NCBI GenBank assembly: GCA_001179505.1 | Contig: CDMY01000657.1 | Span: 1 to 35,762, forward strand | Source: Vitrella brassicaformis CCMP3155 | Taxonomy: Eukaryota; Protista; Chromerida | DNA length: 35,762 nucleotides | Direction: 5' to 3' | Shown here: one piece after another, positions 30,601-35,762 of the stretch | How the letters are laid out: the number at the start of each line of letters is the position of its first letter | Numbering within the stretch: position 1 is the stretch's first letter | Made by a program: the position numbers and the translations under genes | Notes under the pieces: generated by a model | The model's input: the letters and a program-made list of their open reading frames with translations, nothing else | Told to the model about the DNA's origin: nothing | Databases searched by the model: none

Positions 30601-31883
30601 GGCCGCACACACGTCCCCGGCTTGTTCTCCTTAGCGACCATGTCCGACGGCACAGGCAGCTTGCCGACAAAATAGACAGTGCCTTGGTGTGTGAGGAAGA
30701 GCGTGAAGCTTGCCGACGCAGACATGGCCACGATCCTCTGGCCTTGCTGCCGGCTGAGGGGCTCCGGCAACACGGGAACAGTGGAGGGGGGCGGGAAGGT
30801 AGGTATTGGGGGTGCGTATGGAAGGGGCGGCGGCCATTGGCTGATGTGTTCTGGCAGAAACGCAGACACTGTGTGGCCGAGACCCAGCTGACCTGAGGCA
30901 ATAGCATAGCATGCATAATCAAGGATAGATTCGCGGGAGAGGCACAAGGAAGTACACGTACCGTATATGTTGAGACCAAAGGCGTAGCACTCATTGGCAT
31001 CCGCCCGAATCACCGAATGTGCCCTCCCGGCAGCCACATCACTCACACAGCCAGAGATACGCACGAGCTGAGGTCCAGGGCAGCGTGGTGCCCTCCTCCC
31101 AAGGCCGAGCTGCCCTGCCGCATTTGACCCCCACGCAAGGCACTTGCCGGTGTCTGTACAGGCCAGAACGTGCTCTTCCCCACAACTGATGGCCACCACA
31201 CGGGGGAAGTGCTGGAGCGACAGACGGGGGCATGGCTTGCCGTCGTCTATATACTCATTCGAGGGCACCTTGACGCATCGAGGCACCGAGGCGACAGCCA
31301 CAGGTGGAGAGAGGCCCAGTTCACCAGCAAAGCCCCCTCCCCAGCTGAAAAGCTCTCCCCCGTCAGTGAGGGCCACTGCAAATGACCTCCCGGCCGCAAC
31401 AGCTGTGAATCGGTGGTCCTTGAGAGCAGGAATGAGCCTTGGCTGCTGTCCCTCTGCCGCCCCTCCCCACCCCAGGCACCCGAATGAGCAGTGGCCGCAT
31501 GAATACAGCCGCCCGTCTTGAGCCACCACGCAAAGAGACTCCTCGCCCACCCCAACTGACCGCACGCAGCACTCATCCACGAATGGTCGCCACTCCGAGA
31601 TCGCCCTCGGTAGCACCGCGGTCCCCTCGAACACGGCGAGATCAGCAATGTTGTCCCTCACTACTGCAGAGTCCTCGCAACCGTCGTCTGAGTGGGGGGC
31701 CCTGCGTGAAGGCGGCTGTGATGCGCTGCTGAGTGAAATGAGGCATCGGCTCGTGCCGGAGGCTAGAGTGGCAACGGGGCGGCCCGTGAGGGAGTGAACG
31801 CGCCGCATCTGGCCGTCTGTCGCGGGGCTCATCATGAAGACCTCGCCGCACGGCGGTGATGCACAGGGCTCAGAAAAATTCAT
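27652..31883 (-). CDS. RCC1-repeat protein with C-terminal IPT/TIG-like domains
   Basis: RCC1 motifs: LYSCGHCSFGCLG, VAAGRSFAVALTDGGELFSWGGGFAGELG, ISCGEEHVLA..LAWGSNAAGQLG, VAAGRAHS, ASASFTLFLT, IACSDHH. IPT-like motifs: VTRVEPRIVPLLGTNGGKKLRIQ, LEPSNCNVKGGEEV, LEVSFNGQSF, VDFSLNGQ. Last exon 27731-27652 ends ..KGKKK*. Confidence 0.8.
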
Positions 31884-31943
31884 TGCAAGTTGAAGCGGCT
31901 TGAGAAGATAGTTTTGAGGACATCTACGCCGTCGAGGAATACA

Positions 31944-34900
31944 TCATTTTCCCTCCTTTCTCCCCTCTCTTTTGCGAGCTCGGGAAAGATGCGAGCCTAG
32001 AATTGTCCCCGCCACCTCGCTGGTTCCACCAGATACGATAGAATGAGTGTCGTGTAGTCCACATGATGGTAAGGTGGTGCGGCTGCTGCAGCGTACGTCC
32101 ATGCAGTGTATGTCCCACCTCCCCTACCGCATGCCCCTCCCTCTCAGTTGTAGGTCTGCCCTGGCCAGCATTGTCTTGAGCACGCCGCGCCACAGCTGCC
32201 GGCACGTGGCCTCCTCCTTCCGCTGCTTCCGATCCGCCTGACGCCGCAAGAAATCTGAATGAATCAAGACATCCATCCGCGCAGAGAAAGACGTGAATGA
32301 AGATGTGTCCGGCCCGGCCGGCCGCTCACTGACTGACCTTGTGCAGCCTCCCGCAGGTTGTCTGCGTCTTGCAGCATGACGACCACACCGTCGATGCGTG
32401 GCTTGGCGCCGCTCCACTGGTAGTCGAAGCCCACGAGGGCGGGGGCATGCTCCAGTTGGAGCCGACGCGCAGCACGCAAGGCACCGGGACACTCACCCTC
32501 ACTCAGGTGCACTGTGCCCACAGGCAACCCCACCTGCATTGCATACCGAGGGTACACACGACAAGCGGCAATAAAGTGACTGATGGGCCATACATACCTC
32601 AGTATTACGGACGTCCGTCGTTGGTGGTGTGGTGTGGTGTGTATACCAACCATACCTTGCTGGTGAGGTCGACATTTCCGTATTCGTTGACGGGGATGGT
32701 GCCGTTGGTGGCCACCTGCCGCGCCATGGGGGTCGTCTGCCACACACCATACAGCTTCCTGTCTACAGCATCCACCTCCTGCATCGCCGCATCTGTCATA
32801 CACGCACACATACGCAACATAGGCACATGTGGGATGGATGGATGGCGCTGCGTGCCACGCTGTTTGACCTGCGGTACCACCGTGTGTGGTTTTCTTGGTG
32901 GGCTTGCGGGGCTGAGTCCTGAAGGGCCGCTCCAACTCGCACTCTATCACCTGCAGACGGACGCACCGTACCGTACACACATGGTCATTCGTCCACAACA
33001 GCACAGCCTGCCTCTTTGCAGTGGTGTCTGTTTGTTTGTATCCCTCCCTCCCTCCATCTCCCTATGTAGGCAGCCTACCTACCTGTCGGCCTTCTTTCTT
33101 CCACTGGTCGGCGGTCCTCAGCTTGGTGACATCACCGCGGCGGTAGACCTTCTGGCCCTGGAAGTACCCCACCACAGCACCAGCAGCCTCTACTGCACGC
33201 GGATGGATCGCCTCGTCCATATTCAACTGACACACAACACATGTGACGTGACATGACACACAATGCAATGCAACGCAATGCTCATCCGTCCATGTGTGTA
33301 TCATCCCATCCACCCCACCCGTCCATGGCATCAACAGCACGGCCCCATGGCATGTATCTTCCCTCCCTCCCTCCCTCCCTCTAGGCCTACCTACCTACCT
33401 CAGATGGAAGGGCGAATAGCGGGTGGTTTTTGAAGTCTTTCTGGGCCGACGGCAGCGGCTCACGCGACTTCTTGCGACCCAGCCGCTCATCGTCCAGACG
33501 ATCCTCTGAAACGATACATGCACTACTCACAGTGAATGCCTACCGCGTTGCTTCCCGTTCCCTCGCTTACCGATGGTAGGTCGGCGGCTGCGGGATGACT
33601 TGGCCGCACACTCAGTGATGTCCTCTATCAGCTGCTGTAGCCCACCACCCCGATGCTTGAGTACGTCAGACCACCTGCAGGTGCACAACCGCACAGTCAA
33701 GAACACAGAGCCATCCAATCCACTGCCTCCCTCCCTCCCTCCCTCTCTCCCTCCCTCTTTGCCCGCCCGTCTGTGTCCAGTGGCTCTGTCTGTCCCCATG
33801 GCCTACTTATCGACATATCTGAGTGTGATATCGACGGGCCTCCCCGCCCGGCAGCCCAGTATGATATCACGAGGACCGACGCCGCCCCCATCGCCACCCT
33901 TGCCCCTCCCCCTCCCCTTGGGCTTGTTGGTGTGCTTGTTGGTGAGTGAGTCGACGAGTTGTCTCCTGATGCCCTCCATCTCCTCATCACTCTCGCTGCC
34001 CGCGTCACCTGGATCGGGCACCCGCACCAACACGGGCCCCCTGGCCGGGTGGTCAACACCCCCATCTCCCTCACCATCCCCATCCTCGTCCATGGCGCCG
34101 TCACTGTCACTGTCGCTGTCGGATCCACCGTGCTCGTCCAGGAACAGACCCAGCGACGCCATCCCCGACGATGACGACCGACCACCCGCCGCAGCAGCTG
34201 CTGCTGCTGCTGGGGCGGGCTCCTCTTCCCTTGGCAGTGGCTCCTCTGGCGGCACAGCAAAGTCGCCATCCAGATACAGCGGCACCCACCTACATGACAT
34301 GACATGCAGTGATTGATATGGAAAGCATAGCATCAATGCAATCAATGCACACGTGTGCACTAACTAAGTTCCCTGTCTGTCTGTCTGTCTGTCTGTGTCT
34401 GTGTGGGTGCCACCTTACTGCTTCGAGCAGAAGAGCTCGAGCCAGAGTGCTGCCTTGGTGTGTGGCGTCTTGTCGCCCCCGCCGGGCAGCGAGGGGCACC
34501 GCAGCACGAGGCGACACGGCACACGGTAGGACCGATATGCCGCACACAGCAGCTGACACACAGACAGACAGACAGACAGACAACCGACATACCATACGCC
34601 ACATCCAATCAATCAAGGCACACAGAGTGGAAGGGTCCCTCACTCCCTCACTCACTCACTCACCAGCACAGCCATGTTGTAAGAGGCAGCCTTCCGCTTC
34701 AGCGCCCTGTCAGTCATTAATTATCAAAGATGAGATGAACGAACAAGGTACGCTACGGTAGGTACGCATCTGTCTGTCTGTCTGTATGTGTGTATGTATG
34801 TGTGTATGCGTGTGTACTGTACCGCAGCATCTTGCGGTGTATGGCACCGGCGATGTGTGCGCTAGGCTGCAAACAAGTGATTGTCGAGGCCGGCCCTCGT

Positions 34901-35717
34901 GACAGACAGATACCATTCCCTTCCTCCCTCACTCCCTCCCGGCCCGCCTGTTTGTCCCACTTCCCTTACCGGGTTCTGGAAGAGCCACACATGAGAGCGC
35001 TCCTGCACCTGCAGGCGGACAGCAGCAAAGCACAGCACACACAACCCAACCAGCCAGGGAGTGATTGAGCGAATGGAAAGGCTGGGTTGGGTGGCGTTTG
35101 CATGTGTGTATGTGTGCATCCCTTCGGGTGCCTGCCTGTCTGCCTGCCCACTGACTGGCTGACCAGGCCACCTACCCTACCCGGATCGATGACTTGAATA
35201 TGCTGAGCAGGTCATCAAGGCCGGTCGTCCACTCGGACTCGCCCCCTGTGTCACTCCTGTCCATTGGACGGTCGACCCGCACCTGGTGAGGGAATGCCAG
35301 CCGACCGCCGCCCTCCAAATACGCACGAACGCACCGCTGCAGCCACCGCACCCAATCAAACCAATGACATTCACGCAGACATAACAGAATGGATTGGCGG
35401 GGACAGAACGGCACGTCGAAGAGATTGACCATCCATGAATCGAGAGATTGACCAGAGCGGTGGTGAGTGAGTGCGGCAGTGCAGTGCAGTGCCCCCGCTT
35501 GCTTGCTCTTGTGTGACTGACTAACTGACTGACCTACCTGGATGATTCGGTCATCGCAGATCTTGGAGAGGAAGATGGTGTGCGCCAGATGGCAGCACAT
35601 GTGGACCTGCCGCAGCCGATGCTCTTCTTTCTTCATTGTCAGGATTGCCAGCTTGGCAAGACGAACCACTGCGAGCTTGTGAGCTAGGGTATATTGCTGT
35701 GTAACGGGTGGAGACAA
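31944..35717 (-). CDS. XPC: DNA damage recognition protein XPC/Rad4 (5' end beyond the window)
   Basis: Motifs: EHRLRQVHMCCHLAH..CDDRIIQ, LCAAYRSYRVPCRLV, LWLELFC..RWV, VDITLRY, EPLPSAQKDFKNHPLFAL, VYRRGDVTKLRTADQWKKEGRQV (BHD1), LYGVWQT..IPVNEYGNVD, ALVGFDY..AKPRIDGVVV (BHD3). Stop is at 32124 or, with one more exon, 31944. Confidence 0.9.
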
Positions 35718-35762
35718 GGAAAGACAAGGAAAGCATTCTGAGGAGACACGATCTTATCAGCC

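Noticed and set aside
33573-34316. Long antisense and alternative-frame ORFs over the XPC acidic insert (and similar ones throughout the ORF track)
   Set aside because: They are shadows of GC-rich, low-complexity coding sequence and lack splice-supported gene structure.
35421-35741. Short direct repeats GAGATTGACCA (x2) and GACAAGGAAA (x2)
   Set aside because: They are small intronic slippage duplications, with no spacer pattern or terminal repeats suggesting CRISPR or a transposon.

Overview
This window is eukaryotic nuclear DNA: gene-dense, GC-rich and very intron-rich, with short introns (mostly about 57-140 nt) full of GACA, TGGA, GACT and CA microsatellites. Three genes encode a signal peptide followed by a transit-peptide-like leader, as used for secondary-plastid targeting. 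This style fits a chromerid alga such as Vitrella brassicaformis (inference, not verified). I reconstructed 13 protein-coding genes by hand from splice sites and phase, two of them truncated at the window edges. In order: the 3' end of an unknown gene (+); protoporphyrinogen oxidase (-); a METTL2/6-type tRNA m3C methyltransferase (+); a protein with three tandem YjbQ domains (-); a coiled-coil/EF-hand-like protein (+); a Rho-like pseudo-GTPase fused to LRGUK/LRRC23-like LRRs (-); a UBXN11/Socius-like protein (+); a hypothetical protein (-); an RNI-LRR + EDR1 + kinase protein (+); riboflavin synthase (+); a Pkr1-like membrane protein (-); an RCC1 + IPT/TIG protein (-); and XPC/Rad4 (-). The most unusual items are the P-loop-less Rho-like domain fused to axonemal-type LRRs and sitting head-to-head with a Socius-like gene, the single-chain triple YjbQ, and the LRR-EDR1-kinase architecture. 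There are also several GC-AG introns and four consecutive divergent gene pairs. No rRNA, tRNA, CRISPR array or mobile element was recognised. Family assignments rest on recalled motifs; no database search was run.
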